A stretch of DNA of 64,000 nucleotides from the NCBI RefSeq assembly GCF_964204645.1, contig NC_134026.1:17022150-17086149 (forward strand). The letters run 5' to 3'. The stretch is from Tubulanus polymorphus (lineage: Eukaryota > Animalia > Nemertea). Positions 1 to 11,568 of this stretch are shown one piece after another; position 1 is the first letter of the stretch; each line of letters begins with the position of its first letter. The notes beneath the pieces are model-generated. The model was not told the origin of the DNA and ran no database searches. It worked only from the letters and a program-made list of their open reading frames with translations. The translations under genes and the position numbers were made by a program.

Positions 1-252
1 CAGACGAGAGAATTTGCGGGCGATCCGATCGCCGGAGCAAATAATCGGGCGAAAATATCTAACATGTAGAGTAGAATGGAATAGAACTTCATTGAAGCTA
101 AGGTCCCACGATGTAATATGTTACGAGCGATACGTAAGAGCAATTTTTTGGGCGATTCATAAATTCGCCGCGAATTTATGAATAATACGCTCCCTACCTT
201 AAGGCGCGTTCAGCATGTGTGTTTATGAAACGACAAGTGTTTAATATCATAT

Positions 253-480
253 CAGTGGAACCTCCATACAACGAACTTCATCGGACCAGACATTATGTTC
301 GTTATAACCGATGGTTCGTTGTATCCTGAAATTAATCGTCTTACTTTGGTCGAAATTCCAAGTTTGTTATATCCGATGAATCGTTGTATCAGAGTACGAA
401 GGAGGTTCGTGGTATGTACCATAATTGTGTGTCCTAGCTTACGATGCTTTCCGTTGATGCGCCCCGATGTTTGCCATGAG
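253..480. mobile_element. Tc1/mariner-pogo-type MITE end fragment
   Basis: Starts CAGTGGAACCTC...ACAACGAAC...TTCGTTATAACCGA, a typical pogo/Tigger-like MITE terminus; no matching other end found. Confidence 0.35.
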
Positions 481-788
481 GCGCATTTGTTTGAAATCGG
501 TTTGTACTGGTTTAGACCACACAATGAAATACCCGAGTTTCTCATCAGATTTTTTTCTGAAAAGTGACGAGGGCGGGCGAATTTTATTTTGATTGCTTTT
601 TTAAATAAAAAAACTTGGAATAAAAAGCTCAACCTTAGACTTATAGAACAGAAGTTTTTAGAACTTATAGAACAGGGAAGTTTTTTAACCAATGCCAAAC
701 AAATATCAGTAGCTAGTAGCCGTGTTAACCTGGTTTAAAATAAGTAACGAGACGAGTAGTACTATGTAGGTTAACTATTTATTTGACG

Positions 789-829
789 CACGAGCTTTCG
801 CTTCTAATGTATAGAAGCTTCATCAGGTG
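789..829 (-). ncRNA. Minimal type I hammerhead ribozyme in the Penelope pseudo-LTR
   Basis: Minus strand reads CAC-CTGATGA-A-GCTTCTA-tacat-TAGAAGC-GAAA-GCTC-GTG: core CUGAUGA/GAAA, 7-bp stem II, palindromic AGCU stem III, 3-bp stem I; AATAAA follows. Confidence 0.85.
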
Positions 830-1121
830 AATGAGTATAGTCAATAGAAAAACAACAGTATTGATAGGTGGACTGACACTAATTACAGAGAACTGAGTGA
901 GAAGAGTAATTACAAATGAATGATGAGTGACATGATAATTAATAACTAAGTGAGTCCGTAGATAATTGATTAATAAGAGAACAACAAACTAAAACAAATC
1001 AAAGAGAAATAAATCAAAATGAAACTATATCAAAGTGAAATAAACAGATAGTATCTAGATCAACGAATAACCAGAAATGGAAGTCCGAGATAAGTCCAGA
1101 TACAATGAATAACAAACGAAA

Positions 1122-1478
1122 TTACGTTCTGTGGTGGGACATGAATCCTAGATCGCGATTGAGGCCAAGATTAACAGTATCACCGCGTTGAATAAGTTTT
1201 TGTTCCATGATTTCGCGCGAATGCTTATTAGAAGTGTTCATTTTATGTAACGCGGTCACTTTTCGGTTACTGATGGTGTGGTTCGGAAGATTGAAATGTT
1301 CCCCGATAGGTTTATCCATTTTCTTGTGTCCGATATCAAATTTGTGACCGTTCAAGCGTTGACGTAATGTTTGTCCAGTTTCTCCGATGTAGATGGTTCC
1401 AGGGCAGATATCGCACGTGATGGCATAAACAACGTTGGTGGAGTCGCATGTGTAGGGTCCAGTGACTTCAAGTTGTTT
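1122..1478 (-). pseudogene. Penelope GIY-YIG endonuclease C-terminal fragment, copy 1
   Basis: TCDSTNVVYAITCDICPGTIYIGETGQTLRQRLNGH...HF...GLN motif set of PLE GIY-YIG domains. Confidence 0.9.
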
Positions 1479-1806
1479 GGTCGACCAGAAACAGAAACCA
1501 CCACAGTACACTAGCTGATACCGAAAACACGCCTCACACACAGATCATCAGTTCAGGCACCACAGACACCACACCAAGTGACAATAGCAGACTACATGTA
1601 CCCGCACTCAAGACTCAACCCACTCAATAACTAAGTAAGTCCGTAGATAATTGATTCATAAGAGAACAAGAAACTAAAACAAATCAAAGAGAAATAAATC
1701 AAAATGAAACTATATCGAAGTAAAATAAACAGATGTATCTAAGAGCAACGAATAACAAGAAATGGAAGTCCGAGATAAGTCCAGATACAATGAATAACAA
1801 ACGAAA

Positions 1807-2170
1807 TTACGTTCTGTAGTGGGACATGAATCCTAGATCGCGATTGAGGCCAAGATTAACAGTATCACCGCGTTGAATAAGTTTTTGTTCCATGATTTCG
1901 CGCGAGTGCTTATTAGAAGTGTTCATTTTATGTAACGCGGTCACTTTTCGGTTACTGGTGGTGTGGTTCGGAATATTGAAATGTTCGCTGATAGGTTTAT
2001 CCATTTTCTTGTGTCTGATATCAAATTTGTGACCGTTCAAGCGTTGACGTAATGTTTGTCCAGTTTCTCCGATGTAGATGGTTCCAGGGCAGATATCGCA
2101 TGTGATGGCATAAACAACGTTGGTGGAGTCGCATGTGTAGGGTCCAGTGACTTTGAGTTGTTGGGTGTTG
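1807..2170 (-). pseudogene. Penelope GIY-YIG endonuclease C-terminal fragment, copy 2
   Basis: Near-identical to copy 1. Confidence 0.9.
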
Positions 2171-2760
2171 GTCGACCAGAAACAGAAACCACCACAGTAC
2201 TCTAGCTGATACCGAAAAAACGCCTCACACACAGATCACCAGTTCAGGCACCACAGTCACCACACCAAGTGATAATAGCAGACTACCTGTACCCGCACTC
2301 AAGACTCAACCCAGTTCCCCCCCCCCCCCCGAAGGTCGCAACACCAAGCTCGATCTTTACATCACCAGCTTCAGAAACGGAGTCAGATCAGAAGTCATCA
2401 AATCAGACCTAAAACTCAATACAATCTCACTACAGCAGAACGAGAAGCCAGAACCTTACCTAACAACGAAAACTCACAGACCATCATCGATCTCACCAAG
2501 TTCATACTTAAACACAACTACTTCAAATTCAACGGATCGCTCTACATCCAGACCAAGGGTACAGCTATGGGCACCCGAATGGCCCCCCAATACGCCAACA
2601 TATTCATGTCTGTCCTTGAAGAAGACTTCCTGGGAACACAGCAGCACTCACCACTTTTATACAATCGCTTCATCGACGACGTCTTCATCATTTGAACGCA
2701 TGGGCTTGAAAATCTACTTGAATTCCACAGAAACTTCACCAACTTTCATGCAGCTAATGA
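2171..2760 (+). pseudogene. Penelope ORF/RT fragment (inverted, internally deleted)
   Basis: PPEGRNTKLDLYITSFR; NYFKFNGSLYIQTKGTAMGTRMAPQYANIFM; RFIDDVF catalytic motif; in-frame stop follows. Confidence 0.9.
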
Positions 2761-2784
2761 ACTCAGCCCGGAGGTTAAAAAAGT

Positions 2785-3330
2785 CAATTGCACACCCTAT
2801 CTGCGATTAACCGTTTGGGCTCTACGGGCTCGAAAATTGGCCCCCACATTTTTTAATGAGATTTTTGCTCCTAACTCCTTAACCGTTGGAGATAGAATCG
2901 TGGTTGAACGAGTGATCTGTAGCCCTTGACAAGACGCTTGTATTGATGTATGGTATAACTATGTAACTCATATGGTTCTCCAGGAGCGCCACCTATATGA
3001 CGCTGGAAAACGCATTTTCATCTAGGCCTATATCGACTAAGGGTATTATCGGATTTATATAAAAATTAACACACATGTACCTGGTTACTAAATGCAACGA
3101 ACCCCTCACATTATTAGTTCCTATTTTAACATTAGGGGGCGTAAATTTTGAAAAATCGATTTTAGCATACATCTTTCGCATGTAATGCGGTCTGTTTAAT
3201 ATGAAAATCACAAAACTTGGTATAAGTACAAAGGCATGCGTGTAAAATGCCAACCTGCATGATTAGTTTATACAACTGCAACCAGGGGACTGTGAAAATT
3301 ACGATTTTTGCTTCTAGCTCCTTAACTGTT
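2785..3330. repeat. Dispersed repeat with ~440-bp internal periodicity
   Basis: GATTTTTGCT(C/T)CTA(A/G)CTCCTTAAC at ~2862 and ~3303; circularly permuted relative at ~49290-49680. Confidence 0.65.
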
Positions 3331-3357
3331 AGGTAATGATGTGAAGTGAGGTATTGT

Positions 3358-3483
3358 ATTGTAAAAGTATTGAAAACAAAAACTCTTAAAGGAAAAAAGT
3401 ATTCTTTAGTGAAATATAAAGGCTATGATGATAAATTTAATGAATGGATTTTATCTAGTAAAATTAAAAGAATAACTGAATAA
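3358..3483 (+). pseudogene. C-terminal chromodomain of a Polinton retroviral-like integrase (fragment)
   Basis: IVKVLKTKTLKGKKYSLVKYKGYDDKFNEWI..* matches the chromodomain pattern xLVKWxGYxxxxNxW; directly upstream of the ATPase. Confidence 0.75.
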
Positions 3484-3499
3484 AGATTTATTTATATTT

Positions 3500-4087
3500 G
3501 AACCACATAATATGTTAGTTACTGGAGTAACCAACTGTGGTAAAACACATTTCATATTAGATTTGTTAGAAACTATTTATAAAAATCATTTTGATAATAT
3601 AATATTATTCTGCCCTACTTATGAAATGAATAAAACGTATAATAGGGATATAGCTAAGATAAAAAAGTTTATTATATTAAATCCTAAAACAGTAAAAGCA
3701 AATTTAGATAATTGTATAAAAATAGCAATTGATATTTATAAAGGATCAAATACATTATTCATTGTAGATGATTGTGCTAATTTAAAAGTTAGATTCAAAA
3801 GTTAGAGAAATTGAGTTATCTGGCTTTCTCTGGGAGACATTTTGGGATAACAACTTGGGTTTAAAATCAAAAACATAATTCAATTGTTAAAGATTTTAGA
3901 GAAAACATTAGATTTTTTAGTCTTATTCTACAATAAAGATAGAAAATCTTTGCAACAATCTCTGGAAGAAAATCAAATTATACCTACTGAATTACATGAT
4001 GAATATATGAATAAATTAAAAACTAATAAAGGTTCAAAATTATTACTGAGGCTTCAATTTCCATATGAATATAAATTTAGAAAATAA
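3500..4087 (+). pseudogene. A32/FtsK-like virion packaging ATPase, frameshifted
   Basis: Walker A GVTNCGKT, Walker B LFIVDD, then (other frame) AFSGRHFGITTWV*NQK with the GRH and Q motifs. Confidence 0.9.
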
Positions 4088-4104
4088 AATTTAAAAATAT
4101 TATA

Positions 4105-4757
4105 GAAACTATTTATATATCTATGTACTAGACGTACGAGTAAGAATCCAAGATTCTTGCTAAGAAAGTAAGAAAGTAAGAATTCTTTGATTCTTGCTCA
4201 TACGTCTAGTATAAGGATATATAAATTAGTTTTTATAAAAATTATAAATATAAATTATTAAATGAAATATATAATAATGAATAAATTATATATTAAAACT
4301 ATGTTTATAATTCATGTTTACACAGGGGTACAAATATATATATATATAATTTATATTTAGAATAATTATTCTGAAACTATTTATATCTATGTACTAGACG
4401 TACGTAAGAATTCTTACCAAGATTCTTACCAAGATGCTTACATACGTCTAGTACATGGATATATAAATAGTTTATAATAATTACAAATTTAAATTATTAA
4501 ATGATATATATAGAAATGAATAAATTATATGTTTTCTCCTAATAAAGATAAAAATAGATAATATTATAACTATTTCTATACTAAGATTAATAATTTATAT
4601 TTATAATTCTTATAAAAACTAATTTATATATCTATGTACTAGACGTATGAGTAAGAAAGTAAGAATTCTTACTTTCTTGAATTCTTGGATTTTTACCAAG
4701 ATTCTTACTACATGTAGTACGTCTAGTACATATAAATAGATATATAAATAGTTTTAT
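4105..4757. repeat. Array of three imperfect palindromes
   Basis: Arms AAACTATTTATATATCTATGTACTAGACGTA / TACGTCTAGTACAT..ATATATAAATAGTTT at ~4105-4234, ~4374-4473 and ~4613-4757; loops built of AAGA(A)TTCTT units. Confidence 0.85.
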
Positions 4758-5646
4758 AATAATTATTCTAATTTTGTTTCTAATAAATTTACAAAAATCA
4801 TCTTTGTTTATATCTAATTCACCGTAATTCTTAGGTAGATTTATTAACTTTAGTTGAGCCATCATTATGCGATAATTATGATTATCTATCTTAACTTCTT
4901 TTCTTAATTTTTCAAAGTATTCATCAAAATCATAAGAATCAAAATCAAAATGATATGCAAAATTATTTATCAGATAACTTAAATCTATATTTCTAAAATA
5001 TAATAATTTATATATTTGTTTAGGATTATTTTCTGCAAAAGCTAATAATTTATCAAATAACAACTTACTGAATATATAATATTGCTTAGTTTTAGGATTA
5101 AAATATTTGATATATTTCTTTGGGTTATTTAACATTGGTATCATACTCACCTTTTTAGAAACATTGATTAGATGTAATTTTGATTTATAATGAGTATTTT
5201 CATCAACAGTTTCAATTTTCTTATTACAATATTGACACGTTTTATTTCTTTCTATTTCTTCTAATTTCTTTTCATGTTCTTCTAACTTCCTTTCATTTTC
5301 TATATGCGCCTGAGATTTTTTATGTTTAGAAAAATTACTTTTAGAAATATCTAAATTACAAATATTACAATGTTTTTTAGAATTATCAATTATTTCATTA
5401 TCTGTTATATCATTATCATTAGTTTCAATTGGGTTAACATTATTTATTACATTATCCGTTATATTATCTATGGTATCATTAGTTCCATTTGTATTAACAA
5501 TATTTATTAAATTATCTATTATATTACTATCTGATATATTATTATCATTATTATTCTTTTCTTTTTCTACATGTCCCTTTGATTTCTTATGTGATGCCCA
5601 ATTTGTATATGATATATATTTCTTACATACGTCACAATATTTTCAT
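4632..5646 (-). pseudogene. Viral multi-zinc-finger protein (U1/matrin-type C2H2)
   Basis: YCDVCKKYISYTNWASHKKSKGH, HCNICNLDISKSNFSKHKKSQAH, CQYCNKK..THYKSKLH; 1-nt frameshift just after the ATG at 5646. Confidence 0.7.
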
Positions 5647-5841
5647 TTGTCTTTTTGGTTTTGATAACAGGTTTAATCTTTGTATAATAATTATCATTAT
5701 TCGATACAAGTAAAATCCCACAATAAAAGAATTAGATGATAAAATGTTTATTAAAACATATAAGAAATATTTCGGGTGGTTACTACCACCCTTCTTCGGT
5801 CTAAAATGACTTGCCAAATACTGCCAAGTATTTGGCAAGTC

Positions 5842-7069
5842 TAATTGAGAATTTACAATATTTAATTGCGCGTCAGATATAATATAAATATGCATTTTGA
5901 AATTAAAACCTCCTTTTTTCTTTTTCATGAATAATTGTATCCCATCATTAGTGTTCTGTAGCTTTTTACCAGAACCATGTAATAAATTATCTTCAGTTGT
6001 TCTAAAATCTAACCATAATGCATATCAATTACCAGTATATTAATCAATTTGATTAATATTACAATTTTCAGATGATTTAATTTTTCATTCATAAAATGTT
6101 TTCTAATTTCTGGCAATTGATCGATCATTCTCATTCCTTGGCAAAATGATTTATTTGCTATACCTTCGATAGTTATTTCTACTTTTGATATTTCAGGATT
6201 ATAATAATTATCAACATTTATTGCGCCATTAGTATATGTTGCAATGGTAAAAATATTAATATACCTTTAATAGATCTTCTTGGGAAGTTAATACTCTCAT
6301 TAATTATTTCATCATTTGCATTAATCGTTACAGCTTTAAATTTATCAATATAATCATATAATAATGAAGATCCTTGATTGTCTTGAGTTTGAATTATACT
6401 TGAAATATTTTCATCAGCTACTGTATCATATTCTAAACATATATTCGACAATTTATAACCCATATCTTTATTAACGCTAGATAATACAATTTCATTAACT
6501 AGAGCAAAAGTTATCTCAAATATAATATCTTCTTGAATTGCATATTTATATAAAGGTGCATTATTATTTATCAATTCAAAGTCTAATGGAATTTTATATT
6601 TACAACTATAAACCTTTTCTATTAATTTATCTGCTTCATTAGTTAATATTGCGCTATTAGCTTCTGATCTTAATTGATTTTGGTTTTCTGATTGGATGCC
6701 TTGAAATATCATATTATTTCTATTTTCTTTTGTTAACCATAAATCTTTATAATGCGTGAATAAATTATAATCATCTAATGAGAAAACTGTTTTTGGAACA
6801 ATCTTTATAGTTAATTTTTTAATCAAATATCTTCCAACATTATCAACAACATAATTATTATTATTACCAGTTACTTTTATATCAGCTGATAAATGAATAC
6901 TATTTGGAACATAAAAAGTATTTTGTGTTAATCGAGGAATTCTAAGATATAAAGTTTCAACAGGATTAATATTAGATGGATTATGAGTAATTATATGATG
7001 AGATCTTTCTGCTTTAATAGCATTAGATATTCTAGAATTCTTAGAAGGATTTATGTAACTCCAACTCAT
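5842..7069 (-). pseudogene. Major capsid protein (double jelly-roll/hexon-like) of the Polinton, frameshifted
   Basis: N-term INPSKNSR...ITHNPSNINP.ETLYLRIPRL; C-term ALWLDFRTTEDNLLHGSGKKLQN...HIYIISDAQLNI; resembles invertebrate Maverick MCPs; ~400 codons. Confidence 0.75.
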
Positions 7070-7122
7070 TTATTTAACAAAAAAAAATATTTATTTTTGA
7101 TCATGTTTATTTTTTATTATGT

Positions 7123-8813
7123 TTACTTGATATTTTTTATCATATTCACTAATCCAAAAATAATTGCACTTACAACTGTAATTAAAAATAAAATAATATG
7201 TTCTGCAGCAAAGTTAATAATATTTCCAGCAGATTTTAAAACAAAACCAACAATTGACGCTATAACTCCGGGTAAAGCTGCAACAGATTTTTTAGATAGT
7301 TCCCATAGACGTTTTGCTAATTTTTTCAAACCAACCTTAACTTTATCTTGTATAGAATTATTACTCGGAGGTTTATCCGGTTTATTGGGTGTATGTGTAG
7401 ATTTTAATGAATTTGATATAGCTAAACCTATTGTTGTAACTATCATAGTTACAGCTGTTAGAATTGAAAGAATTGTTATACCTTCTAATTTAAATAATAA
7501 TTTTATTCTATCTTTCAATGATAATTCAGAATCTGGTTTTATCAACAAATCTTTAAAAATAACTTTTAATTTTTTAATATGATTAAAGATTCATTGATTA
7601 TGATTAATGATTTCAATAATATATCTCTTTCTTTTTCCTGTAATTCTTTGTTATATTTTAAATCATCAATTTCTTTTTCTAAAGCTAACTTTCTGCTTTC
7701 ATAATCAGCTTCCTCGATTAATTGAAGATTTTTATCAAATTTTAATTGTTCTAATTCTTCATTTGCATCAGTTAATTCTTTTTCTAACATGGTTATTTTA
7801 GAAAATCTCATCTTAATATTAGCAATTTCACCAGCTGATTCTTGCATACCTTTAATTTCTCTACGTGCTTGTTCAGGAAATATTTTTAATTCTTCTTCAT
7901 TTAAATCAAGTAATCCTTTTTCTAACAAAAGTTGTATTTGATTTGTTCCAGTTTCAGTACCAGGTGTATCTAAAATACTAATCATATCTTCTTCAAATGA
8001 ATTTATTGTATCCAGTAAGTTATTTAAATGTTTTACTGCTTGTAATTGACTTGAAACATTATCAATTGGTTGAGTGTCTCTTCTCGATGTTTCTGGTGTT
8101 GAAGATCTTAATTTATCTAATCTATCAGCAAAATCTTCAGTTTCTGGTTCAACATAAGTAGGTTTTAGATTTGGATTTTTAAATGGCGAATATTTGTTAA
8201 TATCAATATCCTTAATTGGGGTTTTTTATTTATTCTATCGAGTGCATTCCATATAATTCTGCTAAATTCTCTACCACATTTTACCCCTTCAATTGTAGAT
8301 CTTGCTCGCATTCCAGGTTCAAATATATTTTCTTGGCCAATTCTAGATAATTGTATTGATACAGTTTTGTTTTTTAATTCAACATCATAAAACCATGCAT
8401 CATTTTTAAATTCTAAATCATTCATGAAAAATGGGTCATCTTTTAAAATTTGCATTACAACACCTTCTGAATCAATTTCATCTATTGCATCTTTTGGTAA
8501 TAATTCGTTAAAAATTTAATCTATTACTCTAGTTTTCATTAAAATATAATTCTTTTTTCAAATAAGTATCAGTTGATTTTTACTAATTTATCCATTAAAT
8601 CTTTTCTAAATATTACGGGTTTAATTACATTCCTTTCGGGAGCTGTCATATATTCTATATATTTTTCACGCGTTTCGTAATCAATTTCACCAGCATCATC
8701 ATCTTCAGCTAAAATAGAATTAAATGGCCAATCATCATCTTCATCATTATTTGTTGTGGTTCATCACTTATACCGGGTTCATCAAAAGTATCCATTGGAA
8801 TATCTTCTTCCAT
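7123..8813 (-). pseudogene. Long acidic/coiled-coil protein with C-terminal hydrophobic helices (putative membrane-active virion protein), copy A
   Basis: ORF pieces 8165-8455, 7566-7985 and 7123-7548; tail IKLLFKLEGITILSILTA...AALPGVIASIVGFVL. Confidence 0.65.
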
Positions 8814-8829
8814 TTATATAATAAATGAA

Positions 8830-10127
8830 TTAAAATTTAAAATATAATATTCCTCCTATTACAATTCCTATACAAGTTAAAGCTAATTTAGCATTTTCAT
8901 GGGATTTATTATCATTATTAGTTTTAATTATATCATGTTGGATAATATCAGTTTTTATATTTTCTGTTGTATTGTAATCTTTTATTTTAGAATCATTATC
9001 CAATTTGATATTCTTAGTTTTAGTTTCTGTTGATTGAATATGTTTTTTATTTTTTCACCTTCAATTAATTTTGGAGCAGTAATAATTTTTTTATTTATAT
9101 CATTTAATCCAAAATTATTATTTATTGTTGCAGTTTTAATTAAATTATTATAACCAATTATATTTCCCATTTTTAGTATTAAATCGTCAGAAATAATTAA
9201 TAAATTAGGACCTATACAATAATTTAATCTTACATGTGATTTATCTAGATAATTTTGATATCTTACTATATTTTCTGGAATCGATCTATTTTTATCATTA
9301 TGAATGGAATCTTCAAATAAAACTTTAAATTGTTTTTGTGTATCAAATGATATATTTAAATTTCCAATTATCGGGGATCTTGTTTCAACTTGTGCACCTA
9401 GAATACATATCAAATAAGTTCTAATTGATTGATTTATTCTTTGTATACCTGATTTTGTAAAACCTTCACTATTTTCTAAAATAAAGTAAACCCAACCATT
9501 ATTATTTTCTTGTTTTAAATTATCATAGAATTTCGGTAATTTACTGAAATTTAATGTTTTAAATCTATATTTTCTATTTTACCATAACCTAATTTATTAT
9601 TATAGATATAATAAAAACTATTAGATGGTATGGGAAGTGTACAATATTCTGTTTTTATAAAACTTTGATAAATTAATATTATTATCTAATTTCTTAAAAT
9701 ATCTAGATCCTGGTAAAGGGGTCTCTAATTCATTTAATATTAATCTTACTTGAAAATAAGTATGGAATCTAAATAAAATTTGAATTAATTTATATTTAGA
9801 ATTATTCAAACGATCATTCCAACTAATTCCACATCTTGTTGTTGCACAATAAACTGCAAAATTTATTTGGTTCTGCCAATACTTCATATTAGATTTTAAT
9901 AACCATTGTTTTTCATCTTTCAATTTTTTAAAATTTATCTAATATATATGAAATATATTTTCCATCTTTGCATTAAAATTATTAGTTTCAGTAACATGAA
10001 TATCTAAATCAATTAATGAATTTAAAACTTCATTTCTATATGAAATATCTTTATTAAAATCTATTGCTGGAATATTATATTTAATTGATTTTTTATATTG
10101 AAAAGCTTTTGGAAAACTATCTACCAT
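8830..10127 (-). pseudogene. Conserved Polinton protein of unknown function with C-terminal TM segment, copy A
   Basis: YWQNQINFAVYCATT, YLICILGAQVETRSPIIG; frameshifts and an ~85-bp internal deletion relative to copy B. Confidence 0.65.
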
Positions 10128-10156
10128 TTATATAATAAGAAAATTAATAATTAATT

Positions 10157-10563
10157 ATTTCTTTTAATAATTATATTAATACTATTTAAACTTATTATAT
10201 AATATAATATATTTTTTAATTTATTTATTTCTTTTATATTAGATTTTATTTTTTCTTCATTACTTTTTATATTTAATTTTGAACTTATTCCGGTTAAAAC
10301 ACTTGAACCTAATCCTAGCACGCCAATTGATATAGCTAAAGGTGTTAATGAACTAAATATTGCTAGAAATGTTATTACAGAACTAATTGTAACTGAGCCA
10401 CTAATAATAAGATAATATAAAATTTTACTTTTTAAATATTTTTTCTTTTTTTAACTTTTAAATCATTTTCAAATTCTAATATTTGTTTTTCCAAATATAA
10501 TTTTAATTTAGTTTTATTTATATCATGAGGAATAATATTAACACCATCAACTTTATCATCCAT
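10157..10563 (-). pseudogene. Small two-TM membrane protein, copy A
   Basis: ILYYLIISGSVTISSVITFLA / LAISIGVLGLGSSVLTGISSK; paralog starts at 18405 (+). Confidence 0.6.
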
Positions 10564-10582
10564 TTATTTAGCAAAAAAATTA

Positions 10583-11005
10583 CTAATTAGTAAATTTATA
10601 AGCAACAAATATAACAATAACTGTTCCACCTAAAATCCAAATTATTTCATATTGTTGTTCTTCTTTACTTGGGGTATAATAATATGATAATTTAGGTTTA
10701 CATAGATGTAATTTTTCTTCATTTGTTACTGTGTTATATAAACTCATAGCTTCATCGACTGATTGAAAATCTCTGTGTGTAATTTTCTGATCATATAATT
10801 CTTTATTGATGTAATCCATGTAATTTTGTCTCTTTTCTCTATATTCTTCTGCTGCTTTATTATATTTCTATAATGCTAAGTTATGTCTTCTTTGTTCTCC
10901 TAATGAACTATTTTTGTCAATATGTTTAAATAAATATCCACCACCAGTAAATGCTAAAGCGTTTACAATTGCTGATCCTATAATAGTTATAATTGCAGAT
11001 GTCAT
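10583..11005 (-). pseudogene. Small coiled-coil protein with hydrophobic termini, copy A
   Basis: AIVNALAFTGGGYLF..EQRRHNLAL*; internal stop; paralog of 17963-18385. Confidence 0.65.
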
Positions 11006-11029
11006 TTATTTAGTAAAAACATTACGTAT

Positions 11030-11225
11030 TTATATAGGAGGAATATATTTTTGTTTTTCTAAATAATCAATTGTTAAATTAGATAAAGTTACTCCTAACG
11101 TTAATTTTAAAATATCATTGATATCAAATCTATCAACATTAACACTTCCCATTTTAAATACTTTTTTTAATACCATTGAATAACCAACAGTTCCAACTGA
11201 TAGAAATACTCCATTATATGAACCA
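11030..11225 (-). pseudogene. Small viral protein (5'-truncated), copy A
   Basis: Paralog of 17718-17939; start codon region deleted. Confidence 0.55.
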
Positions 11226-11552
11226 GTTAATATTTATAAAATATTTAGTTAACTTATTTATGATTATTTCAACATTTATTTCATTACTACTTTTATGATT
11301 ATCATATATTTTAGATAATATATTTTTAATATCATCGATAATTCCATCTTCATTTAATTCATAATATTCTAAAGATGTTTGAATTAAATCAATTACTTTT
11401 TCTAAATTATAATTTTCTTTATTAATCGTTGATGCATCTTTAAATGATTTACTTTTTATATCAGTAATTACATCATTTAGTTTAATCCTCATTTCTTTAC
11501 CATGTTTAAAATCAAACCAAAAACATATACTCGGCCCAACAGTTATATTCAT
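11214..11552 (-). CDS. Viral hypothetical protein, copy A
   Basis: MNITVGPSICF; paralog of 17362-17721. Confidence 0.6.
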   Translation of the reverse strand: MNITVGPSICFWFDFKHGKEMRIKLNDVITDIKSKSFKDASTINKENYNLEKVIDLIQTSLEYYELNEDGIIDDIKNILSKIYDNHKSSNEINVEIIINKLTKYFININWFI

Positions 11553-11568
11553 TTATATAGTGAAAAAA

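Larger units (their letters stand above)
700..2760. mobile_element. Penelope-like retroelement, rearranged (partial tandem duplication plus internal inversion)
   Basis: Two ~685-bp direct repeats (~944-1620, ~1627-2312) each with a GIY-YIG 3' end on minus; RT fragments on plus; hammerhead in the 3' pLTR. Confidence 0.9.

Noticed and set aside
252-698. 148-aa ORF
   Set aside because: Overlaps a MITE-like repeat and has no recognisable protein motif.
4105-4757. CRISPR-like array
   Set aside because: Units are long palindromes with repeated rather than unique spacers; eukaryotic context and no cas genes.
6983-7582. 199-aa plus-strand ORF
   Set aside because: Antisense shadow of the minus-strand membrane protein gene.
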